This document shows positions 48,596 through 62,000 of a stretch of DNA of 64,000 nt, piece by piece. The position numbers and the translations under genes were made by a program. The stretch covers positions 1,679,148 through 1,743,147 of the forward strand of contig BFEA01000030.1 in the NCBI GenBank assembly GCA_003427395.1, in the 5' to 3' direction. The stretch comes from Chara braunii. Taxonomy: Eukaryota; Plantae; Charophyceae. Under the pieces are notes generated by a model, which ran no database searches, was not told where the DNA came from, and saw only the letters and a list, made by a program, of their open reading frames with translations. The first letter of the stretch is position 1; each line of letters begins with the position of its first letter.

Positions 48596-49276
48596 CTAAC
48601 AGTCCTTGATCCGTGCCGTCATTTCGGGCCAGACTCCTCCCAGATTTTTTGTCACTCTTTCCATTGCTTCAAAAAAATATGCATCCGGAAATTCCATACC
48701 CCCTAGTTTCCGGTGTACCATCACAATACATAGAGGGAGTAGAGCAGCAGAACTAGTGTTCGCATTAATTATGTATAGCGTGCCCGTAAAAGTTGCAATT
48801 TTCTGTTCTTTCGGTGCAAAAGAAGCAAAGTGTCGTGTGATCCGGTATCTGGGATTCCGGGGCTCTTCCCAGATGCTTTCGGCGTTCTTAAACTTGTGCA
48901 TTGAAATGATTTCTGCAGGATTCTCCAAAACAAAACTCTTAGTTTCCAGAAATTCAGCAAAGTTCACACCGAAGTCAGTTCTTTCCAGAACAAGATTCTT
49001 ATGATAACATGAGTTTGTCTTATCCATGATTTTTTCAGCGTGTTTCTTATGCCCTTCTTTGAAAAAAAACACCAAAAAGAGAGGTCATCCACGTACCTTT
49101 TTCCAAAAATCACCTTGGAGTCATTTCCCAGGTTGTTCAAAAATCGGTTTTCTGCGTACATGCATGCTAATGGTGGGCTTGCTTGCCCCCCCATTGGTAT
49201 GCCCCTGTTTTGTCTTCAAATTTCACCTGTGGATTTAAAAAACACATTCCTTAGTAGGAAGTCGATCATCCTTATT
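48596..49276 (-). pseudogene. Penelope-like element RT, C-terminal half
   Basis: RMIDFLLRNVFF...RQNRGIPMGGQASPPLAC...KRYVDDL, then a thumb region with AEFLET. The ORF ends at 48596 with no C-terminal GIY-YIG domain. Confidence 0.85.
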
Positions 49277-50212
49277 TGTTGCATACTGTAACGTGCAGAC
49301 CAGAACAAGAACCGACCTCTCAATACAAAGTACAAGATAACACAGCGGAAGACTTAGATACGAATGATCCGAACAATCAATATTGCAATGCAGCCCTGAA
49401 CACGCATCATCATCATCGTTATCTTGTGTGAAGGGGGTCTGGCGCTTCACACANNNNNNNNNNNNNNNNNNNNNNNNNNNNNNNNNNNNNNNNNNNNNNN
49501 NNNNNNNNNNNNNNNNNNNNNNNNNNNNNNNNNNNNNNNNNNNNNNNNNNNNNNNNNNNNNNNNNNNNNNNNNNNNNNNNNNNNNNNNNNNNNNNNNNNN
49601 NNNNNNNNNNNNNNNNNNNNNNNNNNNNNNNNNNNNNNNNNNNNNNNNNNNNNNNNNNNNNNNNNNNNNNNNNNNNNNNNNNNNNNNNNNNNNNNNNNNN
49701 NNNNNNNNNNNNNNNNNNNNNNNNNNNNNNNNNNNNNNNNNNNNNNNNNNNNNNNNNNNNNNNNNNNNNNNNNNNNNNNNNNNNNNNNNNNNNNNNNNNN
49801 NNNNNNNNNNNNNNNNNNNNNNNNNNNNNNNNNNNNNNNNNNNNNNNNNNNNNNNNNNNNNNNNNNNNNNNNNNNNNNNNNNNNNNNNNNNNNNNNNNNN
49901 NNNNNNNNNNNNNNNNNNNNNNNNNNNNNNNNNNNNNNNNNNNNNNNNNNNNNNNNNNNNNNNNNNNNNNNNNNNNNNNNNNNNNNNNNNNNNNNNNNNN
50001 NNNNNNNNNNNNNNNNNNNNNNNNNNNNNNNNNNNNNNNNNNNNNNNNNNNNNNNNNNNNNNNNNNNNNNNNNNNNNNNNNNNNNNNNNNNNNNNNNNNN
50101 NNNNNNNNNNNNNNCAGGAGGCTGCTCTTGCCAATGCCGATCGGAGGCAGGGGCTGCCGCTGCAGCTCCTGCTCAAGCTCGTGAGGAACAGGCTATTTCT
50201 GGCCTGTTCCGC

Positions 50213-51360
50213 ATCGCCGCTTGTATTTCTATCGCAATATGTCTGAATTCAACCCAGTAGTATTCTTTCAATATCTGTTCTCTTTTCTCTTCCGGGCCTA
50301 CTTTCTTTGGCGTCCAAGGGTAGATGCGAACGTCTGACCTATACCATTGCAGTTTTTTCCAGCCATCCATTCTGCGTTTGTCCTGTTCAAACAGACTGAG
50401 TACTGTAAAAACTGTGGGTGTTACAGGTTGGATGAGGAAAAACTCATGTACTGCTTCTGGACTGTCTTTCAAAGATTCCAGCTTCTTACACAGCCATTTA
50501 ATTTTATCATTAACTGACCGGTATGCGCCGTCATCGTAGAAAATCCAGTTGCTGGCATGTTTTGTGTAGACTGCATCCCTCTGTGCCAGCTTGTCCGCGG
50601 GGTAGGACTTCATCAACGTCTTCTTTCCCCCTTGGTCTACAACTTTCTGTTCCGAGGGGAGGAGGAAAAGGGTGAGGAAGTACGCCCTTGCAGATGATAG
50701 ATTCCTCAATGGTACTCTTACCTCCTCCGCTGGCAGGCTTGAATCACTAACTGAAGGTCTCATAATGGTTAAGGATTTATCTTCCAGGGATTCCCTGACT
50801 TTCTTTGCCCATGATGGGTGTCCTGCTGGCTGGGAGGGGTGAGACACTTGTGCGGGTTGTGAAACTTGTGCTGTCTGTTGAGCACGTCTATTGATCTCTG
50901 TCCCCTTTTCTTCTTCTGTTAGCACCCCATCCTCCTCCTCTTCCTCTTCTTCCATTGTGAGATCCTGATCAGGCGGCATCGCTCCTTGCTGGTGTGATGA
51001 TTTTTGCACCATGGATACTCCTGTCCTCAAAGGTTGAGCCTGTTGAGGCTGTAGGGAGTGCATGATGGGATGGCTGGTAAGCGGGGGGGGGAGGAGCAGG
51101 GACTCTGCTCTGTCTGCCTGCGAAAAGCCTCCCTCCTGCATTACCTGATCATTTGAGGCTCTTTGTGAAGAGTCTATTTGCATGATCACCCCTGACCCCT
51201 CCTCCTTGGATTTCTGGGTAATCACTATTCTGTTGCCATTGGATATTGGAGGACGTGTATAGGGGCTTGTTCCCAGCTGTCTGAGTACATTGTGTCGCAT
51301 TGCACCTTGGTAGAACAGGAGGGATCCTGGTCCCTTCACCCTTGCATATCCTAGTTTCAT
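50213..51360 (-). pseudogene. LINE ORF1-like protein, 3'-truncated, nested in the LTR-type insertion
   Basis: Shares YxGAMR, WAxKV, HASNWIFYDDGAYRSVNDKI and EYYWVEFRH with ORF1 at 59895-61748. A purine-rich 5' UTR-like region extends to ~52000. Confidence 0.8.
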
Positions 51361-52198
51361 TGTCTCTTTCTTTCCTTCTTCCCCCCCTTTTTTTTTTTTT
51401 TTTATTATTATTATTACCATTAATATATATTCCCTACTTCATATAATTTAGGATGATAGGGGAATGTGTGGAATTTCGGTGTTTTGAAAGGTGAAATGTA
51501 GATGGCGGAGCACGATTAGTACAGCTAATATATATTCCCTACTTCAGATAACTTATGAAGATAGGGGAATGTGTGGAGTTACAGGTTTTTTTTTTGTTTT
51601 TGTTTTTTTTTTGAGAGATGAAATGTAGAAAAAGTGCGGGGGAGAGAGGAGGTAGGGGATACTGTAGGATTGGGGGAGAGAGAGGAGATTTGTACGAGCT
51701 CTGAGCGTAGGTTGGGGGGGGAGGGATGTTTGAGTGGTGGAAGGAGAGGGGTAACCTGGTAGAGGTTGATTTTGACGAAAGAGGGGGTGAGTGCTGAGAA
51801 TGGGCGGAAGATGGAGGACGAGGATCTGAGTGGAGGTTGGGGGGGGGCGGATGTTGAGTGATGATAGAAAGAGGGAGAACCTGGTTTATGTTGATTGTGA
51901 CGAAAGAGAGGGTGAGTGCTGAGAATGGGGGGAAGATGGTGGGAGAGAGGCCGGACTGTTGGGCTGATTGCTCCTTGTTCAAAACTATTCCAAAACAAAG
52001 TCCAGCTGATCTCTCATAATGCCCTTGAAGTACAATGCTGGTTCAATGCTGATCCGTAGTTGTACTTTTATCAGTCTGTGTGATGTGTGTTCACTGTCTT
52101 TCCTTTTGAATCTACACTGATTGCCCTGTTCTAATCTACCAGGTATCCCACACCGTTCTTCGCTGGACTTTTCTGGCCAGTAGTCCTAAAAATTAGTG

Positions 52199-52450
52199 TG
52201 GGTATGTTCTTAGGATCACGAGTAGAAATGCAGCTGTTTCCGCTGCTGCGTTGTGTGCTTATGCTTTTGTTCTTTCTCATACACGTGACCACGTTGGGTA
52301 TGATCTTAGGGTCACGAGTGAAAATGCAGCTGTTTCCGCTGCTGCGTTGTGTGGTCACTTTGGGTATGATCTTAGGGTCGCGAGTGAAATTGCAGCTGTT
52401 TCCGCTGCTGCGTTGCGTGCTTATACTTTTGTTCTTTCTCATGCACGTGA
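52199..52450. repeat. Three tandem copies of a ~60-96 bp unit (GGGTATGATCTTAGGGTCACGAGTGAAAATGCAGCTGTTTCCGCTGCTGCGTTG)
   Basis: Directly visible; seen as repeated TQRSSGNSC..TRDPK in the ORF track. Confidence 0.85.
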
Positions 52451-53647
52451 CCTCGTTCGTTGTTATTCAGAGGATTTGTGATTATTACCCATCCAAAATT
52501 CTATGAAGACCTTGATGTAATTTCTCCTTCCGAGAGTTGGATGGGTTCGTAGTGTTGTTATGTGTTGAAGATTTTTTTTTTTTTTTTTTTTTTTTTTCTT
52601 TGCGCTGGCTGGAGGTTCTCAAAAAAGGAAAAGGTAGAAGAAGGAGGTTAGGGCTGAATATAGGAGCGAACACACCTTAAGCAAGCTGTTCTTCCTCGTC
52701 TCCTATGCTACTACATGTGGTGAACTCCTCCCCTGTTGGTGAGCAAATGCTCTTCCTATAAGTTGTCACCTCTCTTCTTCCTTGCCGTTGTTGATGCCCT
52801 GAACTGCCCTGAACTGTGGAGGCTCACTACCCTCTGCTTTTTCCTCCTGATCCCTTCCCCCACCTCTCCCTTTCTTCGCAATCTCATTGAACACCTCTTT
52901 TCCCTTCCGCAACCTCATTCAACACCTCTTTCCCTTTTCTTTTTTGTGTCGCAACACCTTCTCCTGCGACTGCACAGTGTCAGACTGATCGCTATCCATT
53001 CCCCGTCTGTGATTTCCTGTCAAAATTTGTCTGACAGTTGACGTGTAGATACTACAGATTTGATGAGTGTTCCTTTTTTACTCCTCGTCTTCCACTTCTC
53101 TAGGTCTCTCACGGTCTGAGTACTTTACCACTCCTCACGACGGTATTTCACGATTGTAACTCCCCGACGGCATTACTACTGCCTTCATCTATGACTGCTC
53201 AATCAATGGATCCTTACTACTGCCTTCATCTATGATTGCACAATCTATGGATCTTTTGCGATAGCCTTCACTAATTACACTCTACCTCTTGTGACCTTGC
53301 CTTCTACAAATTCCATTGTTGACGTTACCTACTCCTTCTTTGAAAAAACTGTATAGGACGATAGGCGACTGCTCTCTGTCGTGTGACAGAAATGTTCTCT
53401 CTGTGTTGCTCCCCTCGGGTTCAGCGTAGGCGACTTCTCTTTGTCTTGTGCCGTGGCGAAATAGGCTGGAAAAACTCTGGGTCTGAAAGACCCAGAAATA
53501 GGCTGAAACGGAGTAGGGCCTGCAGGCCCTCGTTTTTCAGCTTTCAGGCTGAAACGACCGGGGCCCGTAAGCCCTAAGTTTTAGGCTTTTAGGCTGACTG
53601 TCCGGGATGGGCCCTGCAGGGCCCGTGTGGCTACGCAGTATGCCACA

Positions 53648-54953
53648 TTATTAGAGTATTTATTCGAATAGACCTCCATCCATTTTCCTCGGCCGCCTTG
53701 CCAAGGGTGGCACCTTTCCCTCTGGTTCTTACCCTCACCCAGTTCTTCCCTCTTTCTCTCATCTCAGAAAAGATCCAATCCACAGCTTTTCTTACTTCAT
53801 CGTGGGGTATTTTAGAAAACATCTCTTTTATGTCATATGTTTGAACGAGGATCCTCAAGTCATCTCTTCCCACCTTCCAATTCAGGTTTTGCAGTGCTTG
53901 TTTCATATCCCTCCCAGCCATCAAATTGAAATGACCATCCTTTTCGATTGAATCAAGAGGTTAAGAACTTTTACCAGGTTGTTACATGCCAGCCTTGCAG
54001 GATTCAAGAACGATGGATAAATAGGCCGTTTTTTGTCAATGTCTTTGTCCTCACTCAAGATAAAGACATTTTGTAAGTGCCCTTTCCGTCCCATCTGCCA
54101 ACTCTTTCGAGTTTGTTTTTTCTAAAATCATTTCTCATTTCCTGCAAAATTTCCGCTTCCCCTTTCCGTACTTTTTTGAAATCATTATTGTCATTGAAGG
54201 TTTTTCTCATGCCTTCTAAACATAATGTTGGACATTCAACCAGGGTAGTCCCTGGGTTTCCGTCTAGTGGAGACGACACCAAACCATCAAGAGCTTCTTT
54301 GATCCCCCATACGTACTCGCTTAGGGTTGCCCCTACAGGGGCAGTACACGCCACAGTCAGTCCTAATGGGAATACGGAAGTCCTCTTTCAGACCTGCCTT
54401 CTTCAGCAAGGCAAGTCCTTCTCTGCAACTCTATTTATTTCGTTAATACATGCAACTCTTCTCGGGTGTGGTATATTTCTTGAATTGTGTAGGAAAGGGT
54501 GGATGTCAGGGATTTCATTCAGTCTGACCCGAACATGCCCGTTTTCTTTGGGCAGTTGAAACAGATCACATTTGCATACCGGACTGTTGTCCGCAGCAAA
54601 AACTCTGTCGTTATGCAGAATATCCGCAACAGTTTTGGATCTTGTCCATACCATGCGTAGTTTTTTCTGCATCAGGCCAGAAAGCCCCCCGTCGGACCAC
54701 ACACATCTTTTATCAATAGAATGACAAAAAGGTATCTTAGCAACCATCCTTTGTCGAGGATTAAAACCCAGTTTCCTTTTCAATTCTCCAGCAATCAAGC
54801 CACAAATTATTTGTCTTCCCCTTCTGGTGTTAACAACTTTCAGTCCTTCGAGCATCTTTAACATTTCTTCAACAGTTCTTTCAAGCAGTATAGTTCTGCG
54901 TTTCCATGGGGCCCACAGTTGGAAGATCAGTTCAGCCTTTGTGCCTCAGAGCT
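53648..54953 (-). pseudogene. Penelope-like element, CxC linker and RT N-terminal half (probably Naiad/Chlamys type)
   Basis: KTVADILHN...VCKCDLFQLPKENGHV, PLDGNPG...VECP, KDIDKKRPI and TYDIKEMFSKIPHDEVRKAV. Confidence 0.8.
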
Positions 54954-56005
54954 TGTTACATGCTGCGCCTGCAACAGGCTGCACGGGCCATTTTCAGGCC
55001 AGTGACGTTTTCAGCCCAAAAGCCTGAAAACAAGGGCCTACAGGCCCTGTGTCGTTTCAGCCTAAAATCAGGGCCTTTCCGGCCCTGAGACTTTTCAGCC
55101 TGAAACTGAGGGCCATTTTCAGGCCCTCATAAGATCGACCTGCCCTGAAACTCAGGCACCAGACCAGGGTTTTAGCACAGGCCATTTTGGGCCTGTTTTC
55201 AAGACAACCCTTGGTTGAGCTTCAGCGCCAGGGTCTAGCACGTTTTGGCATTGGCAAGAGCAGCCTCCTGGACGGCCAGGACTATATAGGACTGGCCCGC
55301 CCTGCAGGCTGCAGGTAGTTCCTAGTACTTCCCAGGCACTTCACGTGCAGTTCAAGAGGCAGGAGGTAGTCTTCAGGATTCGGCAGCGGCACTCTGAAGG
55401 AGCGCTGCAGGAGTAGTAGTAGCGCTAGCAGTAGTCTTCAGCGCTGGGCGCTAGTAGCGTTAGCAGTAGTCTTCAGCACTGGGCGCTATTAGGAGCAATA
55501 GGAGCTAGAGCAGTACTGGAGAGAGAGAGATTCGGCGGAGGCCAGGGAGACTTACCTGCAGTGCCATAGCTCCAGCTTCGCCTTCGAGGTACCTGCAGCA
55601 CGACGCCATCTTCACAGGTTAGTACCTAGCATATGAGAGAGAGAGAGTTCTTCTTCTTCCTCTTCTCAGTCCACCATCTCCCTCTCACCCTCTCGCTATC
55701 TGACTTCACTGCATCAGTGGATTATGAGAGAGCGGGCTTGGTGACATTTGGATCCAGACTCGACACTGAACTTCAGACATTTGACGAGGGGTTATCTGGG
55801 ACTTGTAACAAAGATTTGGTGTTGACGACATTCCCATCTTCCCCCTTCTTCTTCGTCTGTGTATGGTCTTGACCTGTAGCATTCTTCCTTTGTGTATCGC
55901 CAGGCCCCTTCACACTTTGTGATGAGGATGATGTATGTTTGGTCTGTACTGCAACATTGATTGGACTAGTCATTGGTATTCTAGCATTCTGCTGCACTGT
56001 CTTGC
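54954..56005 (+). mobile_element. Start of a second LTR-type insertion related to 49277-53647, in opposite orientation and interrupted by a LINE
   Basis: Begins TGTTACATGCTG. 54960-55200 resembles the reverse complement of 53460-53640, and 55245-55270 matches the reverse complement of 50115-50140. Confidence 0.7.
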
Positions 56006-59000
56006 ACAACGTGAGGGAGGTCAGTCCTGGTCAGGTCAGGATTTGTATCTAAGTCTTCCACTGCGCTATAAAGCACCATTTTTGTATCCATTGTAGGCAC
56101 AAAGCTTGTGTTTGCGTGGCCGGATCTACAATTCCTAGCCCTCCCCTCGCCTTTGGTTGTATTACGCTTTCCCAGGCCACCCGACTGATGGCGTGGGCAC
56201 AGTCACAGTCCCCCCTCCATAGGAACGCTGCTACCTTGGACTTGAGCAGTCGCAGTGTTGTTTTATCTAATGGTCAGGGGACCGACTTATACCAGAGTGA
56301 GGCGAGCACCACATTGTTTATTACCAATACACGCCCAAAAATAGAGGTATGTTTGTTTTTCCATTATGTCAGCTTTCTTAGTGCCGTGACACTAATCTAG
56401 TCGTTGTTGGAGGCCGGTTTTCCGGTTGCCGTCATGGATACACCCAAAAAACGCAACGGGGCCTCATGAGAAAGCCATGAAACCTTCGGCGTTTCGGGGG
56501 GTCTGCCTCCTTGATAATGAATCCACCATCCCTGTGTTTTGCTACCCCAGTTCACGCTCATGTCTGATACTTGTTCGAATTTATCCATGAGCTTCCTGAT
56601 TTCTTCTATGTTCCTGTGGGTGGCTTCTGCCATCACTGTCAAGTCATCAGCAAAGAGTGATCATATTAGGATGGCGTCCTGCAGGATGTTAGAAATTTTG
56701 ATCTTTGTGATGTCTTTGTTGGTTCTGAGGTTGGCGGCCAGCGCCTCCATGATGATCAGAAACAAGAAGGGGGCAATAGGGTCCTCTCGCCGAACTGATC
56801 TTTGCAATTTTATTGGGGGTGTCAGAGCCCCATTAATCTGGACTTGTGTTGACGCATTGTGGTGGAGGATCCGGATCCACCTTCTAAATCCTGCACCAAA
56901 ATTCATTTTTTCCAGGCATTTCTGCAGGAAGCGCCAGTCCACGTGGTTGTAGGCATTTTCGAAATCGATAAATATGATTGCAGCATTATGTCGCTCATGC
57001 CTAGCTAGTTGTAAGACCTCGTGCACCAGTAAGATATTTTTCTGTATATTTCTGCTCCGCATGAAGCCCGTTTGAGTCGGGTGGATAATCCTCTCCATTA
57101 CTGGGATCATCCTATTGGCCAGGGCCTTTGCTAGCATCTTTTAGACCACCGTCAGCAGCGTGATAGGTCGGTAATTCCGGACATCCATTTTATCCCCTTT
57201 TTTGTACAGGAGAGAGAGTACCCCTTGGCCGACCAGTTCTCCCATGTCCCCTGTTCTCCAAATCTCCTCATAATAGTCCATCGGATCATCGGTCACAAGG
57301 TCCCACGTTGCTTCCCAGAACTCTTTGGGGAGCCCATCCAGTTTCGGGGTCTTTTCCTCCTCCATCTGCATGAGTGCTGTCCAGATTTCGTGTTTGGATA
57401 ACGACACTTCCAAACTTTCTTTCTGTTCTTGTGATATTTGCACCCCAAGCGGGGCTAGAAAATCCTCTATTGCCTTTTGGTGCCCTATATCGTTCTCGAC
57501 GTCAGTGTGTGATGAAAAAAATTATTTATAAAAGTATCGTGTGATCTTTAGGCACCTGGCTGTAGTCAGGGCCGGTATCCCTTCCCCTTCCTCCGGGTCA
57601 TAGAGGGCTTCTATTGTAGAACGGTTTGCTTGTGTCTTCGCCAAGCCAAAGAACTGGGCATCCATCATTCCTTTTGTCGCTTCTTTCGTCGCTCTCCCTC
57701 GAATTCTAGTGCCTTGCCATCGATATTGTGCATGTTGGATTAGTTGTGTCTTGAGGTTTGTTATTTGGTTATTTAGCGTTGATTCGTTTTGATCCTGTGC
57801 TTGCAAAACCCCTTGCTGTTCAAGCTCGCATAGTTGTTGCAGGATATCAATTTCTTTTTGACAACGTTGTTTGGCCATTATTTTAGAAAATTCGTTGCAT
57901 TTTTTGGATAGAAAGAAAAAACCGTTGTTGAACCACTGTGTTTGCGTTTCCATTTCAGGGCGGTGTTCCCTCCAAAACTCCCACGTGTGCTGCAGGTAGC
58001 TATGGAAGGAACGAAGGTGGAGCAGCGATGTGTTGAGCTTGTAGAAACCAGGTCCCCGGTCTGGTCGTTTTCGGAAGGAGAACACTGCCATACACATCTT
58101 ATGGTACAGGCCCGGGTGTGGACTTAAGGGAAGGATTGTCGGGGCCACCAAACGCCCCACCAGTTCTTCTGATGCCAGGACCAGGTCTATCCGGGATTTG
58201 GATAGCCTTTCCGGGTTGTTATTACGTATACACGAGAAGATTCGTTTCGTAGGGTAGATACGTCTGAAAGTGTCAAACAGGCTAAGAGCCCCGCAGAGGT
58301 CAGCCAGTGTCGCCTCATCTCGCTCTGCGTTGCTGGCTGTGGATTGGGGGATTGCCCAACGGTCCAACCACCTATTCGGGGTTACGTTCATTCCGTTGAA
58401 ATCCCCTGCTAGAATTATTGGGATGCCGGGCGGGGGGATAGACACAATTTTCACAAAAAAAGTCTCTCTTTCCAGTACCGTATTGGGTGCATAGATGGAC
58501 ATGACACAGACCACCTCCAGTTCTAACATCCCTAGTACCATTGTCCATCGTCCCTCCTCCTCATCCATCTTCCAATAGATGGGGTCGAACCGGGACTCGG
58601 GGGGGACCCCTGAAGGTCTGGAATGGTCATACCTGCTTGTGGGCCCGTTGGTGTTCCGGTGCATCCATCAAGTGAGTTTCTTGAACGCAGACCACGTCTG
58701 GCCATACCCTTCCTCCTACTCCCCTCAGGAGGTCCCATAATGCTTGACTCTTCTCCTGATTCTGTGCCGCTAGCCCGTTGACATTTATGGATCTCAGATC
58801 CAGGTCTGTGGATTGTAGCGTGTGTCTCCAGGCTTTGTTCCTTCCGTATAGTGCCTCTACCCAGTCTTTTACAATCGCTGCCATTCTACTCGATCCCATT
58901 CCACCTCCCCGTTTAGAATGTTTTTGCGCAGAAGTGTGCATAGGATTGTTAATATCTCGTCGGCTGCCCATATATTGCTTGGTTTCACTTTGAGTTGTTG

Positions 59001-62000
59001 TATTTCAAGCAGCACGTTGTGTGTGTGCTAGGTAAGTCCTGCCTCTTTATTTCCATCGAAGCGGACATACAAGTCTTTGTATGTCAGTTTTAATTGTTGT
59101 TCTGCTATACTTATTGCGGCATTGGCTCCAGGGTCATAGTGTCCAACAATAAAGTCCTGCACTTGCCGTGTATGGGTCTTCTGTATCCGTGGCTGACAGT
59201 CCCAGTTCCCATTTGTGTTTTTTTTTCCTTATTGGCAGTATTAATATCTTGTCCCCTTTTTCCAGCGGAACGTTGTACAACCCTTTCTCTATTGCATGGC
59301 GCAATTTAGCTCTGTGCAAGACCCCGGTTTGCCCGGTATCTGTCACGGGGTTTTGCGGGGGGGAGGGGTCTGGTTGGGGCGAGAGAGAAGTCTCGTCTGT
59401 CTGGCTTGAGAGGGGGGTGTCTGCCGATGTTGGGTAAGGGAGGTGGAACAGTCTCTGGACTGTTCCCAAGATCTGACCCAACACATATTGCCAGGTGACC
59501 CCAAGAGGGGGACCTTGTGTCAAGATCTGTTTTAGGTTGGGACTACTATCCAACAGGGTAAACAGTTGGATGTAGGCTTTGTCCCACAGGGTGACCTCTT
59601 GGTCTGGGTGCTGTGTGGTCAGATGAGCGATCAGCCAGTCTGCCAAGCGCGTCAGCTAGCTTTCTATATCCCCTCCCTCCTGTGGCTGGTCCCACCCCTC
59701 TGGTTCGTTGTCCACCATTTCAACTTCAGGGGGCCATTCCGGCGTATCTTCTTCCACGGGCTGAGGGCCAAAAGCTTGGTTGAACCGGTCTGCCTCTTGG
59801 TTTCCGTTGCTTCCCCCTTTCTCTTCCTCTGTAAGCCCACTTTCTTCCTTCCCGTCCCGACTTTTCCTTCTTTCCTGGCCGAGGGGGGTTGAAACTAGTG
59901 CCTCCTTGTCTTTGCACCCCTTCTGTTCGTCTCCTCCTTGATTGTCGATTTCTCTTTGAATGCTCTTTTGGGGTTGTGGATGGTCATGTTCCTTCCTACC
60001 CTCGTTTTTCGACGATTGCCCTTAGGGCTTTCCTTGTTGTTGTCGTTCCCACTGGTGGTTGTTGCCGTTCCATTCTCCCGCTCTTTCCATATTTTTGTTC
60101 CTTTTTTTCCATCCCCTCCCCCTTTTTCCTTCTGCAGCTCCTGTATTTCCATCATCCCTCCCTCATTCTCAAGGACTGAGAATTGACTACTTGTTTTCAC
60201 TGGCATTTGCATTTCTGTGTCTTTTTCTGTCACTTTACCTTTCCCCTTCCCCTGGTCCTTGTGTTGGACGGGGATCCACTGTTGTCCCTCCAGCGTCAGG
60301 CTCTCCTGAGAGCAATAATCCTCCGGGCGCGGTTCCTTTTGCTTTGGTTTGTCTTCGGCGGCTTGTTCCTCCCCCTGCTTCCTGTTTTGGAGAGGTCGGG
60401 GGGGATCCCTCGCGATTTGCATCAGTTTCTCCACTGAACATGGCGGGGCCCATTGTTCCGGGGGCTTGGTATCCCATTTTGGTGACTCCTTTTTTTCCCA
60501 CTCCCATCCCCGCACTCCTCCCCCCTCCTTGGGTTCATCCACATACACCCATCCTTCGTGCCCCGGATCTACCGCCCTCCATCTGATTGCGTCGAAGGGA
60601 TCCCGTAGCAATCTACCAGTGACCTTGGGCTTCTTTGCCGGGTGATGAGGGCATTGTGCCTCTGTTGATAGATGCCCGTAGACTTGACACTTCACACACC
60701 AAGGCCGGGTCTTATGGGCTGTGTGGATCCGGAACTCCCTTCCCCCAATTCGGTAGGTGATAGTGTCATCTATGGAGAAGACGTGATCCTGCGGGAGGTC
60801 CAAGGCTACCATGAGGTAATCCTCCCTCCGTGCCACGTGTGGTGGGAGCGGGTCAATGAAATCCACCACATCGTATTTTTGTGCCAGTTCTTGGACAAAG
60901 GCCCCTTGAATTTCGATCGGCACATGTCTGAACTCCACCCAATAGTATTCTGTCATTAATTGGTCGTGTCTCTCCTCCGGTTTCTGTTTTCGCGGAGATG
61001 CCCAGGAAAAAATCTGCACCTCTGAGCAATCACAGCGAATGCTGCCCTACGAGTCCATAGTCCGTTTGTCTGAGTCAAACATGCTGATTACAGTGAAGAC
61101 CGTTGATGAGATCGGCTGGATCAGGAAATAATTTTTTGCCCCTTCCTCTAACCCCTTGAGATTTGCTAGCCATTTCCTGATTCATCCGATCTTATCGTTG
61201 GCTGATTTGTAGGATGCATCATCAAAGAACACCCATGTGCTCGCATGTCGCGTGTACAATTCATCTCGTTCCTTGATTTTGTCATCAGACAGTGTTTTAA
61301 CTCTCTGTTTTTTTCCTTGGTGGTTAACAATCTTTTCCTCTGGCATGGATAGGAAGCGCGACAGAAAGAAGGTCGTTGCTGTGGTGAGGTTGTCTAAGGG
61401 TATTTCCCAGCTTTGGCCACTTCCCCCTTCCTTCTCCCTCCTCACTTTCAAGCTTTCACCACTGTATGGCTTGACTTTGGATGCCCATGTTGGCAGGGGG
61501 GAGGTTGTCCCTTGACTTGTCCCATCCTTTTGGTTTGTTGCCTCTGCCCCTATGGCTTCCTCCCGCGTGGCCTTTCCCTCCTGCAAGAGTTTCGCAGGAG
61601 GAGGCTCAACCGATGCCCCCGTTCGGCTCGTCTCCACCGCGTGTTTCCTCTGTGGCGGGTTCCTCATAGCCCCATGGTAATAGATGGTGGTGTGACCCTG
61701 TTTATCCGCCCTCCCCCTTCTCCTCGCTTCCTTCCTTAGGGGCGCCATGTCCCTAATACGTGGTTTTACAAGCTTTCCGTGACTGGAAGGCTTCGCAAAT
61801 CAACCGGACGCAACTATGATTTCCACTCTCGAAGTTGCCAGGGCCGAAATCGATGTAATCATCCACGTACGTAATCATGACGAGAAAAAGGAAAAAGAAG
61901 AGAAAGAAAAAAAGGAAAAGGAAAAAAGGGAAAAAAATAATAATAATAAATAAAGGAAAAAAAAAAGAAGAAGGCAAGTAAAAAGGAAGAAAAGAAAAGA

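Larger units (their letters stand above)
49277..53647 (-). mobile_element. LTR-type insertion (solo-LTR-like, with nested inserts and a gap) with 5-bp TSD TTATT
   Basis: Termini TGTTGCATACTG...CAGTATGCCACA (11 of 12 inverted match, TG..CA). TTATT at 49272-49276 and 53648-53652. Excision restores the host RT frame. Confidence 0.85.

Noticed and set aside
54954-56101. Solo LTR ending ...GGCACA at 56101 with near-TSD GAGCT/AAGCT
   Set aside because: 56006-56106 translates as LINE ORF2 (TQALCLQWIQK...), so the apparent TSD is coincidental.
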